DNA of 32,000 nucleotides, from contig OY759724.1 in NCBI GenBank assembly GCA_963662715.1, positions 2,430,001-2,462,000 of the forward strand. The letters run 5' to 3'. Position numbers and translations under genes: made by a program. Under the pieces are notes generated by a model that was given only the letters and a program-made list of their open reading frames with translations, was not told the origin of the DNA and made no database searches. Each line of letters starts with the position of its first letter. Position 1 is the stretch's first letter. Source of the DNA: Candidatus Omnitrophota bacterium. GTDB lineage: Bacteria > Omnitrophota > Gorgyraeia > Zapsychrales > JANLHA01. This document shows positions 8,323 to 15,866 of this stretch, in pieces.

Positions 8323-10171
8323 AAAAAGTTCACCACAGCAAAAAACTAAGGAAGCAATGAGTCAAGTTAAGTATAAGACGGATGTGCAAGGCCTTGATGA
8401 TATTTTGCGAGGCGGGTTTGAATTGCCCCCTCAAGAAGAGGCAAAGAACAATGCCAGTTTATTAGTTTTAATTAAAGGGGCTTCCGGTACGGGTAAAACT
8501 ACCTTGTCTCTGCAAATAGCATGCAGTGCAACAAAGTGGCCAGAGAAATTCCATAAGGATGTTTTGTATTTCAGCTGTGAGCAGACGCATCAGGATATTT
8601 ATTTTAAGTGCCAGCAATTAGCTTTACAGGCTAAAATACCAAGCGGGCCAAATGATGTCTCCCCGGAAGCAGGGATCGCCGTTCAGGATATTAGCAGTCT
8701 GTCTGAAGTCACGGGTGAACAGCCGTTCGAAAGTCTCAGTTCCACGCTCACTCGTGCGAATGGCATATTTGATAAAATTTCAAAGAAAAAAAGCAGATCA
8801 AGACTGATTGTTGTAGACGGATTAAACGCGTTGACACAGAAAGAACGGGAGCTGTTAGAAATTCAGCGCCTACTTAAGCTTCTGCGTCAAAAAAGCTTAG
8901 TCAGTATAATCGTTTTTGAGGAGGCTCATGAGACGGACGCGCTGGATTATTTGGTAGATATGGTTATTGAAATGACGGGGAATGACGCAGAGAATGAGTC
9001 TGAATATTTTATAAACCATCTCCGTATTTCAAAATCAAGATATCAACAGAGCGCTTTGGGGTGGCATCAGTATAAAATCCGAGGTCGCAAGGAGGGGAAA
9101 AAGCCAAAAGATGATGGACAGTATTTAGGGGTGGAAGTCTTTCCCTCGCTTCATTTTCATGTTCATAAGACCCCCAACCATGTTCACGATGAAATGATGC
9201 GTTCCTGCTTTTCGGTTGTAGATCCCCGAGTTAGAGAAGAGGCCGTCCCTGAATATATAGAAGATGATGCTTCTATTATTTCTTTTTTGCTGAATTTTGG
9301 CACGACTGAACATCCGGTATTTAAACGCGGTAGTTCAACGGCGATTCTCGGCCCAAGACAAACCTTTAAAACTCAGCTGACATTGGATTTTTTGAGGGCT
9401 GGATACGAGAAAAACGAAAGCGGTTTATTGTTGTCTCTTATGGATAACCCCGGAGACATAAGAAAAGAAAGAGAGAGTTTATGTAAACGGTATTGCTTAA
9501 AAGAAGAAAGATGTGCTGATTGGAGTGCTTGTTATAAAAATGTCTATAATTTTCACTTTCGGCCGGGATGTATTTCTTCCTCAGAATTTTTTCAAAAAAT
9601 GGAAGCCAGACTGGATCTCTCCGAAAAAAAAGAAGAAGATGTCCCCGTAAAGAGGCTGGTCCTTTGGGATATGACGCAGATTGAATACCGTTTTCCATTA
9701 ATGAAAGCTGATGAAATGTTTCTGCCCGCCCTAATGGATTATCTTAAATATTCTAAAAATAGAAATGGAGCTAATAGGAAAATCACTTCTGTTTTTATGG
9801 GGGCGGCTAACACCCCTTTAGCTGCCGCCGCTTCGACAATGGCAGACAATGTTATTTTTTGCTGGCAAGATACATTGACAAGGCAAAATGCGGTAACAAT
9901 AGAAAAAGAACTCTTCGATGGGATCGATGGGATTGCCCTTTATTTGGATAGGATTGAGGGAATTCCCAGTGAAAGCCGAATATTTTTTCTTAAAATGAGA
10001 GAAAAAAAGAATTCAGCATACGTGGATATTGATACTAGGACTAAAAAACAATTGGAAGAGCGTATTACGCTGGTTAAAGATCTGCAAAATTTGCTTAATG
10101 CGCAAGACCCAATCGAACAAATCCGGCGGAAGCATGGTTTTGTTACGTCTATGGACTTAAAGCTAAAATAA
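8309..10171 (+). CDS. Double-domain KaiC-like (RecA-superfamily) ATPase with an intact N-terminal domain and a degenerate C-terminal P-loop
   Basis: The ATG at 8309 overlaps the SIR2 gene by 14 nt. N-domain motifs are GLDDILRGGF...LVLIKGASGTGKTTLSLQIA (Walker A at 8477-8500), VLYFSCEQ (the KaiC 'sfEE' position) and RLIVVDGLNAL (Walker B). The second domain has SSTAILGPRQTFKTQLTLDFL (9350-9373, where the Gly before Lys is replaced by Phe) and KRLVLWDMT. Confidence 0.75.
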   Translation: MTKSKKSSPQQKTKEAMSQVKYKTDVQGLDDILRGGFELPPQEEAKNNASLLVLIKGASGTGKTTLSLQIACSATKWPEKFHKDVLYFSCEQTHQDIYFKCQQLALQAKIPSGPNDVSPEAGIAVQDISSLSEVTGEQPFESLSSTLTRANGIFDKISKKKSRSRLIVVDGLNALTQKERELLEIQRLLKLLRQKSLVSIIVFEEAHETDALDYLVDMVIEMTGNDAENESEYFINHLRISKSRYQQSALGWHQYKIRGRKEGKKPKDDGQYLGVEVFPSLHFHVHKTPNHVHDEMMRSCFSVVDPRVREEAVPEYIEDDASIISFLLNFGTTEHPVFKRGSSTAILGPRQTFKTQLTLDFLRAGYEKNESGLLLSLMDNPGDIRKERESLCKRYCLKEERCADWSACYKNVYNFHFRPGCISSSEFFQKMEARLDLSEKKEEDVPVKRLVLWDMTQIEYRFPLMKADEMFLPALMDYLKYSKNRNGANRKITSVFMGAANTPLAAAASTMADNVIFCWQDTLTRQNAVTIEKELFDGIDGIALYLDRIEGIPSESRIFFLKMREKKNSAYVDIDTRTKKQLEERITLVKDLQNLLNAQDPIEQIRRKHGFVTSMDLKLK

Positions 10172-10270
10172 AAAGTGCCAGTCCCCAAGAAGTTTTTAAT
10201 ATTGAAGTACAACATATTCGTTTCATTAATATCACTATAAATTTTTTTGCCATCTTGAGGAGGTGTCAAA

Positions 10271-10654
10271 ATGCGATGGGTTAAGACATTGATTTCGGTT
10301 CAGCTAATTTTTTCTCTGGTCGTTGTTCAATCAGGATGTTCCTTTTTAGCTCCGCGTAGACAAAGCTTTTCAGTTATTGCCTCAGAAGAAGACGCAGAAA
10401 TTTATATTAACGGTGAATTTATTGGACAGGGTAATGTGGAAACAAGAGTCCCGCGCAATAAAGATGTTTCTGTTATGGTAAAAAAGGAGGGGTTCCGAAC
10501 GACAACGCGTGAAATTGGCACGACAATAAGTTCTGTGGGAATTTGTGATATGATCGGAGGTTACGTTTTTCTTCTCCCTTTATTCGGTTTATTAGCCCCG
10601 GGATTTTACCACCTAGATCGGGACAATATTTCTATTGTAATTCATGAAGAATAA
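10271..10654 (+). CDS. Small PEGA-domain-like envelope protein, possibly a lipoprotein, with a C-terminal hydrophobic segment
   Basis: GAGGAGG SD. N-terminus MRWVKTLISVQLIFSLVVVQSGC (lipobox-like SGC). PEGA-like core AEIYINGEFIGQGNVETRVPRNKDVSVMVKKEGF. C-terminal hydrophobic stretch GGYVFLLPLFGLLAPGF. Confidence 0.6.
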   Translation: MRWVKTLISVQLIFSLVVVQSGCSFLAPRRQSFSVIASEEDAEIYINGEFIGQGNVETRVPRNKDVSVMVKKEGFRTTTREIGTTISSVGICDMIGGYVFLLPLFGLLAPGFYHLDRDNISIVIHEE

Positions 10655-10764
10655 AAGCCCTTTTTTCTGGATAATGGAGCAAGTAAATTTTCTGGAGTAC
10701 TTAATAGGAACGTTAACTTTTTAGATGCTTAGGTCATTCCTGAAAGCCGCGAGTTATTTATCCA

Positions 10765-11337
10765 ATGATTGTTAAATATAAAGATCTTAATAACTATGGA
10801 TTACATTGCAAGAGGATTACTCGCAGAAAATTAAATGTCTTGTGTTTTTTTGGATTATTTGTTTGTGGATGGCTGTTGTTGTGGGTTTTGGAGGGTCTTG
10901 GGAAGAAGAATCTTGGCTACAAGTATTTATTACTTCTTGTTATTTCCTTTACAGTCTCTTCACATGATTTAAGTCCCATTTCATTGGTTGCTCTTGCCAT
11001 TTATATTATTGGATGGATACACGCAAACTTAATTCTTTCAGGTTATCGTAAGTTGGCAGCAGAACGTATTATTCAGATTGATTCTCTGAAAAAGGAAGAT
11101 ATCTCCATTGATGTCGTTTTAGAAAAAGGAATGCTGCAGTCTAATGTTTTACTTGAACCTGAGGCAGCGATAACAAGTTTGATGCAAGGGCTTGCTATGC
11201 CTGGAGGTGAGCCTAAATTATTAAATATGGCAGGAAGAATTTTGTTGGCAAATAACAGGGAAGAAGAGGCAGAAGAATTTTTTAATAAAGCAACCTCAAG
11301 AGTTAAAGAGAAGAGGGCGCAGCTTTTACCAGTTTGA
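10765..11337 (+). CDS. Hypothetical membrane protein
   Basis: 190-aa ORF with TM-like segments (VLCFFGLFVCGWLLLWVL, LLLLVISFTV, LVALAIYIIGWIHANLIL) and a TPR-like C-terminal tail. No clear SD, and the start is uncertain. Confidence 0.45.
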   Translation: MIVKYKDLNNYGLHCKRITRRKLNVLCFFGLFVCGWLLLWVLEGLGKKNLGYKYLLLLVISFTVSSHDLSPISLVALAIYIIGWIHANLILSGYRKLAAERIIQIDSLKKEDISIDVVLEKGMLQSNVLLEPEAAITSLMQGLAMPGGEPKLLNMAGRILLANNREEEAEEFFNKATSRVKEKRAQLLPV

Positions 11338-11429
11338 CAATATTTGATCTTTGGATTAGAAATTATTTTGGGGCCCGCTTTTAAGTCTTTTGAATGGGTG
11401 ACTATAAGAAAAGAATTTAAGCAGATAAT

Positions 11430-11825
11430 ATGTTTAAAAAATTAATCATCATTTTTTTAGTGATTGTCGGAATGTTAATGTTGTCGGTGCACTTATATAG
11501 AAAAGAATTGCAATCACGAAGCCCGACACTTGAAGAGTCTTTAAGTAGCGAACGATGGAAACAAAAGGTGGCAGGAGATGAATATCTTACATATAATAGT
11601 AAACGCAATATTGAAGAAGGTATGTCCGATGGTCTCTTTTTTCCTTGTCCAAAAGGATACGATTGTGAAAGGCTGGTCCCGAAAGAATATAAGACAGAAG
11701 GGCAGAATATTATTTTTGACGAATGTGAGGTAAATGAGTGCATGAATCTTTTGCGGAAGACTGTTTATGCGTATGGTGTAGATGATATTGATGAATATTT
11801 GTCTGAAAGAAAGATCTGGGAATGA
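11430..11825 (+). CDS. Hypothetical protein with an N-terminal membrane anchor
   Basis: N-terminus MFKKLIIIFLVIVGMLMLSV followed by a Cys-containing soluble region. The competing antisense ORF 11417..11743 looks low-complexity and unlike a real protein. Confidence 0.45.
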   Translation: MFKKLIIIFLVIVGMLMLSVHLYRKELQSRSPTLEESLSSERWKQKVAGDEYLTYNSKRNIEEGMSDGLFFPCPKGYDCERLVPKEYKTEGQNIIFDECEVNECMNLLRKTVYAYGVDDIDEYLSERKIWE

Positions 11826-12044
11826 TCAACATAAAAAAGGGAAGGGAGGAAGGGGCTAGTTTCCCGGGTTGTCCATTTAACCATTTTTTAGTGCCTAAAA
11901 GGTGCCCCTTTGACATCAAACCGTTTGCACTTCAGCGTAACGGGATGTAAATCTTCGCACAACAAACAGCAGCCAGAGATCGAGGCTATTTTTCATAAGT
12001 GCTTGAAGAACATAAATTTGTTATCGACGAGATAGAGGTAAATC

Positions 12045-12746
12045 ATGTCTGTTGAATTAACTAAATATGCGACTTTGGAACATACCAAAAATCATGTTCA
12101 TATTGAATTCAATGTTCCTCATCAAGTAGCTAGTTCAGCAGTACTTAATGGTGGTATGGTTCAAGCGAACCATATTGTTAATATGAAGGTTCCCAAAACT
12201 TCCCAGTGCACAGAGTCTCCGGATTTGACTCTTTTAAATTATTGTAATGATTTTGGTTGGAGTGGAACTATTGTTGGAATGATGACAGCTGCATCTATGA
12301 ATTCTTTTCGAATCATGAAAAAGTCGGAACAAGGCATTGACATTGTGGTTTTAGTTACATCCGGTCTTTCTAATCCAAGACGTGTGGGTGATTACGCCGA
12401 ATATAGACAGATGACTTCTCATATCAAAGAAATTGGTACAATTAATGTGATTGTGATTACTTCTGCAAAGCTAACAGGGGCAGCTATTATAGAAGCTTTG
12501 TTAATAGTGGCAGAGGCAAAAACTGCAACTTTACAAGAAACGGGAATAATGAGTCCAGTTTCTAACAAGCTAGCAACAGGAACAGGAACAGACTCTGTAG
12601 CCGTTGCTAGTGGTCACGGGCCGGGGGACGTTCAATATTGTGGTAAACATGTTTTATTTGGAGAATTGCTTGGCAGCTCAGTAATTGATGCCGTGTCCTC
12701 TTCAATACAATGGGAGATCAGAAACAAAACCAATAAGTATAGATAA
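12045..12746 (+). CDS. CbiZ-like (adenosylcobinamide amidohydrolase family) protein
   Basis: Motifs I recall from the CbiZ family: SSAVLNGG near the N-terminus, GTINVIVI, AEAKTATLQE and ATGTGTDSVAV. Not confirmed by a profile search. Confidence 0.5.
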   Translation: MSVELTKYATLEHTKNHVHIEFNVPHQVASSAVLNGGMVQANHIVNMKVPKTSQCTESPDLTLLNYCNDFGWSGTIVGMMTAASMNSFRIMKKSEQGIDIVVLVTSGLSNPRRVGDYAEYRQMTSHIKEIGTINVIVITSAKLTGAAIIEALLIVAEAKTATLQETGIMSPVSNKLATGTGTDSVAVASGHGPGDVQYCGKHVLFGELLGSSVIDAVSSSIQWEIRNKTNKYR

Positions 12747-12901
12747 TAAGCCGTATCAGGATAGCTAACAAGTGCATTTAGTTGACCGCAATCGTCTCCG
12801 GGTGTGCCACAGTGCGATGTTCCTGGTACAATCATCTTTGAGCCAGCGTTAACGCAGCGGCAACTGATGTCAGTTAGCCCTTACCATAAAGGAGATGATA
12901 A

Positions 12902-13402
12902 ATGAGGAAATTACGAATTTATTTATTTGTATGGTTTATTTTTGGGCATATTTTTGCATTAAATGTTAGCGCTAATGAACCGACAGGCCAGAATATTAAT
13001 TCTCAAAAAAATGTTATGTGTGAAATAAAAATAGTAATTTTTGAACATGATAAAGAGAAAAGGGTTTTTAGATATTATTTTAATAATGCAGAAAATAGGA
13101 AATGGAAGTATTTAAATGGGCATGCAAAACCGTATAAGTCTAAAGAAGATGGAGAAGTTAATTATATAGATATAGGCACAAAAATATATGTTAATCACAG
13201 AATAAAAGATGATTTAAATATATTGCAATCGAAAGTTGAAATAGTCTATGTTGACAGTTATTTAAATGAGGATATTCCAATCGTCAACACTATAGAATAT
13301 GACGGTACAAGTGTTCACAACAATAACGCATTTCAAAATGTATTTAATGGCGAACTTTCGATTGAGAATCAAAGGGTAGAAATTTTTATTAAAGTAAATT
13401 AA
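12902..13402 (+). CDS. Secreted hypothetical protein in a very AT-rich gene
   Basis: AGGAG SD. Signal peptide MRKLRIYLFVWFIFGHIFALNVSA. Composition is Asn/Lys/Ile-rich. The gene is visibly more AT-rich than its flanks. Confidence 0.6.
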   Translation: MRKLRIYLFVWFIFGHIFALNVSANEPTGQNINSQKNVMCEIKIVIFEHDKEKRVFRYYFNNAENRKWKYLNGHAKPYKSKEDGEVNYIDIGTKIYVNHRIKDDLNILQSKVEIVYVDSYLNEDIPIVNTIEYDGTSVHNNNAFQNVFNGELSIENQRVEIFIKVN

Positions 13403-13634
13403 AAAGGCTAGCAAATCATTTCAGCTGTCGCGGCCTGCGCACGGGGACGCAAATCCTTGGAATCTATTTGAACGAGGAGCCTGAAAGCTCATGCAAATGA
13501 GCAGGGAAGCGATTGAAAGAATATTTTTTCATATAATAAGGTATAATGAAGTATATCAAGAAGAAATATTGAATCTCAGGCAGTTGATTTTAACGTGAAA
13601 TAATTGTTAGGCTTAAGAACGAAGGAGATAAGGG

Positions 13635-14063
13635 ATGGAAGTGGAAATTTTTGCCCTGTGCGATGCCGCAACCGATTCCGCCGGCAAACTCAACATACTG
13701 GGGGCCTTCGACAGAATCGGCACGCGGCAGTTCCCCGCCGTACATATGCACTGCGCCATAGCATTGCGTATCCGGTTTGAACGAATTGAAGAAGGCCATC
13801 ATCGCGTCCGAATTAACTTCGTCGATGCTGACGGTAAATCGATAATGCCGAGTATTGGCGGGAATATCGGGGTGAAGTTCCCTGATGATGTCCGTTCTGT
13901 TTGTGCAAACCTGGTCCTGAATATCAATGGGCTGAAGCTGGAATCGGCCGGTCAGCATTCGATCGACCTGGCCATTGACGGCAGACATGAAAAATCCCTT
14001 CCTGTCAACGTGATCCCGGCGAAAGGCGCCCAGCGGCCACCCGAAGCCAACGGTGCTGTATGA
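13635..14063 (+). CDS. Hypothetical cytoplasmic protein, beta-rich in appearance
   Basis: AAGGAGA SD lies 6 nt upstream of the ATG. I prefer it over the fully overlapping antisense ORF 13590..14081, which has no SD and a poor start context. Confidence 0.6.
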   Translation: MEVEIFALCDAATDSAGKLNILGAFDRIGTRQFPAVHMHCAIALRIRFERIEEGHHRVRINFVDADGKSIMPSIGGNIGVKFPDDVRSVCANLVLNINGLKLESAGQHSIDLAIDGRHEKSLPVNVIPAKGAQRPPEANGAV

Positions 14064-14107
14064 TAATAGATGAGAAAACATTAGAAAAACCTTGAGAGGG
14101 GGAAAGC

Positions 14108-14869
14108 GTGTCTTTATGGAACATATACGTTAGGCATTACTGGAGTGAAGGGCGGTATCTCTTCCTTAATAGGGGCCCGATTATGTGGGATATCGTTTTA
14201 TTGACCTTTGCGCTGACGGGTGTGTTTGCTTATTTTGTTTTTCGTAAACCAGGAAACCTTTCCTGGTCAAAACCAGACACTGTGCCTGCGGAGACCAAAC
14301 TCCAAAAATGGAACATTCTTCTCTGTCATTTTTTATCAACGGCTCTCTGGCTTTTTGTCCTGTTCTGGCTTTTGCGAGGTTTTTATCTCTTGGCAGGATC
14401 CATGGGCAGTTCAATGGCAGGTGAAGTCTCCCGGGAATACGGGCCCGGGCTTTCCCGCGGGCCGTTTTATGCTGTCGTAATCATGTTTGCGTATATCTGC
14501 AACTTTTTCGGGTTGCTTTTAGGCTTGTATGCACCCGTTGGCTCCGCTTCATTCAGAATGCTTTTATTAGAACGGCCTCTGATTATTTTGTCATCAGATA
14601 AACCCGTTTATAAAATACCGTGGAACTTCCGCTGGTGGCTGGGGTATGTTATCCCGGGAGGAATTTTGGTTTGGCTTTTAATGCCTGTTTTGAAGGGGGC
14701 CTTGCCCGTTGGAATCTTGTATTACGGCCCTGTTGTGTTATACATGTGGAGCAACTGGGGGCTGGGACATGATTTAGCAAAAAGAAAACTGGTGCGGAAT
14801 TGTTTGCGGACCGCGTTCTATTGGTTTTTTATTTATTCCTTTGTTAATTTATCAACGTTGCTGATATAA
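14108..14869 (+). CDS. Hypothetical polytopic membrane protein
   Basis: GTG start preceded by GAGGGGGA. There are at least 6 hydrophobic helices (e.g. IVLLTFALTGVFAYFVF, LLCHFLSTALWLFVLFWLL, FYAVVIMFAYICNFFGLLLGLY). The start could instead be an internal Met. Confidence 0.6.
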   Translation: MSLWNIYVRHYWSEGRYLFLNRGPIMWDIVLLTFALTGVFAYFVFRKPGNLSWSKPDTVPAETKLQKWNILLCHFLSTALWLFVLFWLLRGFYLLAGSMGSSMAGEVSREYGPGLSRGPFYAVVIMFAYICNFFGLLLGLYAPVGSASFRMLLLERPLIILSSDKPVYKIPWNFRWWLGYVIPGGILVWLLMPVLKGALPVGILYYGPVVLYMWSNWGLGHDLAKRKLVRNCLRTAFYWFFIYSFVNLSTLLI

Positions 14870-14890
14870 AAAATTTGAAAGAATATATTG

Positions 14891-15442
14891 ATGAAACGAA
14901 CCTTGCGGTTGATCCTGTTGTTTTGTGCCTTTTCCTCGGGGCCAATGCCCGGCCAGGCGACAATGTCCTGGCGTCCGGCTGAAGCGGCCCTGGAGAAGGT
15001 GTATCAAATCCTTGTCCCGGAAACACCTGACATATCGTTGCCCAAAGGCCTTTCCGAGGATATCCTCACGCGGATCCGGAAAAGCGGCCGGGACATGCCG
15101 TTGGAGCCCGGCAAATATCCTTCCGATCAGTTGTCGGCGCTCGCCTGGGAAGCGCTTGAGGTGCGGGATGTCGCCAAGGTGGAAGCCGCGGTTTTTTGGT
15201 GCCTGGAAATTTATGGTGAAGAAGCCGGAAAGCTCCAGGCGGAGTTCGAAGCGGATGATAATAAATATCTTGACGCTTTAATGAATCCGGGCTTGACGAC
15301 CATGCGGCCGTTAGTTTATGTCGGGGAAGCCCTTTTCGCTTTAGGAGAGGTTTATTATAAGGAAGGGCGGCAGGAGGATGCCGTCCTTGTTTATAGTGAA
15401 CTGATCCATAAATATTATTTAAGCGCCTCTGAAAGGCGATAG
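14891..15442 (+). CDS. Secreted hypothetical protein with a TPR-like C-terminal helix pair
   Basis: ATG at 14891. Signal peptide MKRTLRLILLFCAFSSGPMPGQA. TPR-like stretch ALFALGEVYYKEGRQEDAVLVYSELIHKY. The overlapping ORFs 14925..15281 and 15066..15569 are Arg/Pro-rich off-frame artefacts. Confidence 0.6.
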   Translation: MKRTLRLILLFCAFSSGPMPGQATMSWRPAEAALEKVYQILVPETPDISLPKGLSEDILTRIRKSGRDMPLEPGKYPSDQLSALAWEALEVRDVAKVEAAVFWCLEIYGEEAGKLQAEFEADDNKYLDALMNPGLTTMRPLVYVGEALFALGEVYYKEGRQEDAVLVYSELIHKYYLSASERR

Positions 15443-15571
15443 TTTCAGTGTGCCAAAGATAAAGGAGCCGGGAAAATATATTTGTCAACGACTGATAAAG
15501 ATTTCTTCTGTCATTTGACCGTGCCAAATGCGTCTCAAAGCGGCAGCAGGGCAAAAGAGGGAGCTTCAAAG

Positions 15572-15610
15572 GGCAGACACTTTTAGCGGGCTGCCTTTTT
15601 TTATTTTTTA
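15572..15610 (+). terminator. Putative rho-independent terminator
   Basis: Stem GGCAG (15572-15576) / CTGCC (15591-15595) with a 14-nt loop, followed by TTTTTTTATTTTTT. The stem is short, so confidence is moderate. Confidence 0.55.
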
Positions 15611-15630
15611 TAAATAAAGCTTTTCTGCTG

Positions 15631-15700
15631 GTTAAGAAAAGTCAGCGCGGGGTGCAGTCAGCCTATAGTATTTTATTTGAATTAAGATATAATAATAAGC
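15631..15700 (+). promoter_or_regulatory. Conserved ~70-bp upstream element, copy 2, containing a TATAAT-like box
   Basis: Aligns without gaps to 6451-6520 (about 50/70 identities). It lies about 165 bp upstream of the transglutaminase-like gene. Confidence 0.35.
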
Positions 15701-15866
15701 GGTGGAGATGATGTATATTCGAAGAGTCATAGAACGCAAAGAGATTTTAATGTTTTTAGGGAAAGGATTATCCATAAAGGGATTGTTGTTTCGTTCAAAT
15801 CTGTTCCTACCAAGATATCCGTGAGGCCTTGTTTATTGCATAAGCCGGCCGTATAATTTTAAAAAT

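Noticed and set aside
8309-10171. Is the 620-aa ATPase simply HerA, which would make this the known SIR2-HerA system?
   Set aside because: Walker A lies at residues about 57-64 and is directly preceded by a GLDDILRGG motif typical of KaiC/RadA-type RecA-like proteins. There is no room for the N-terminal HAS-barrel of HerA, and the second half is a duplicated KaiC-like domain. This should still be verified by HMM and structure comparison.
11826-12044. Possible cobalamin riboswitch upstream of the CbiZ-like gene, suggested by a GGGAAGGGAGGAAGGGG stretch.
   Set aside because: I cannot find a B12-box-like GCCACTG core or the expected conserved helices. The purine-rich stretch alone is not diagnostic.
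13590-14081. 163-aa minus-strand ORF fully overlapping the 13635..14063 + ORF.
   Set aside because: The + strand ORF has a well-spaced AAGGAGA SD and a balanced composition. The minus ORF has no SD and appears to be a shadow frame in a GC-richer region.
14925-15569. Arg/Pro-rich ORFs 14925..15281 (+) and 15066..15569 (-) overlapping the 14891 gene.
   Set aside because: Their composition (runs of R, P, S and K) is typical of off-frame translation of GC-richer coding DNA. They have no start context, and the in-frame gene has a signal peptide.
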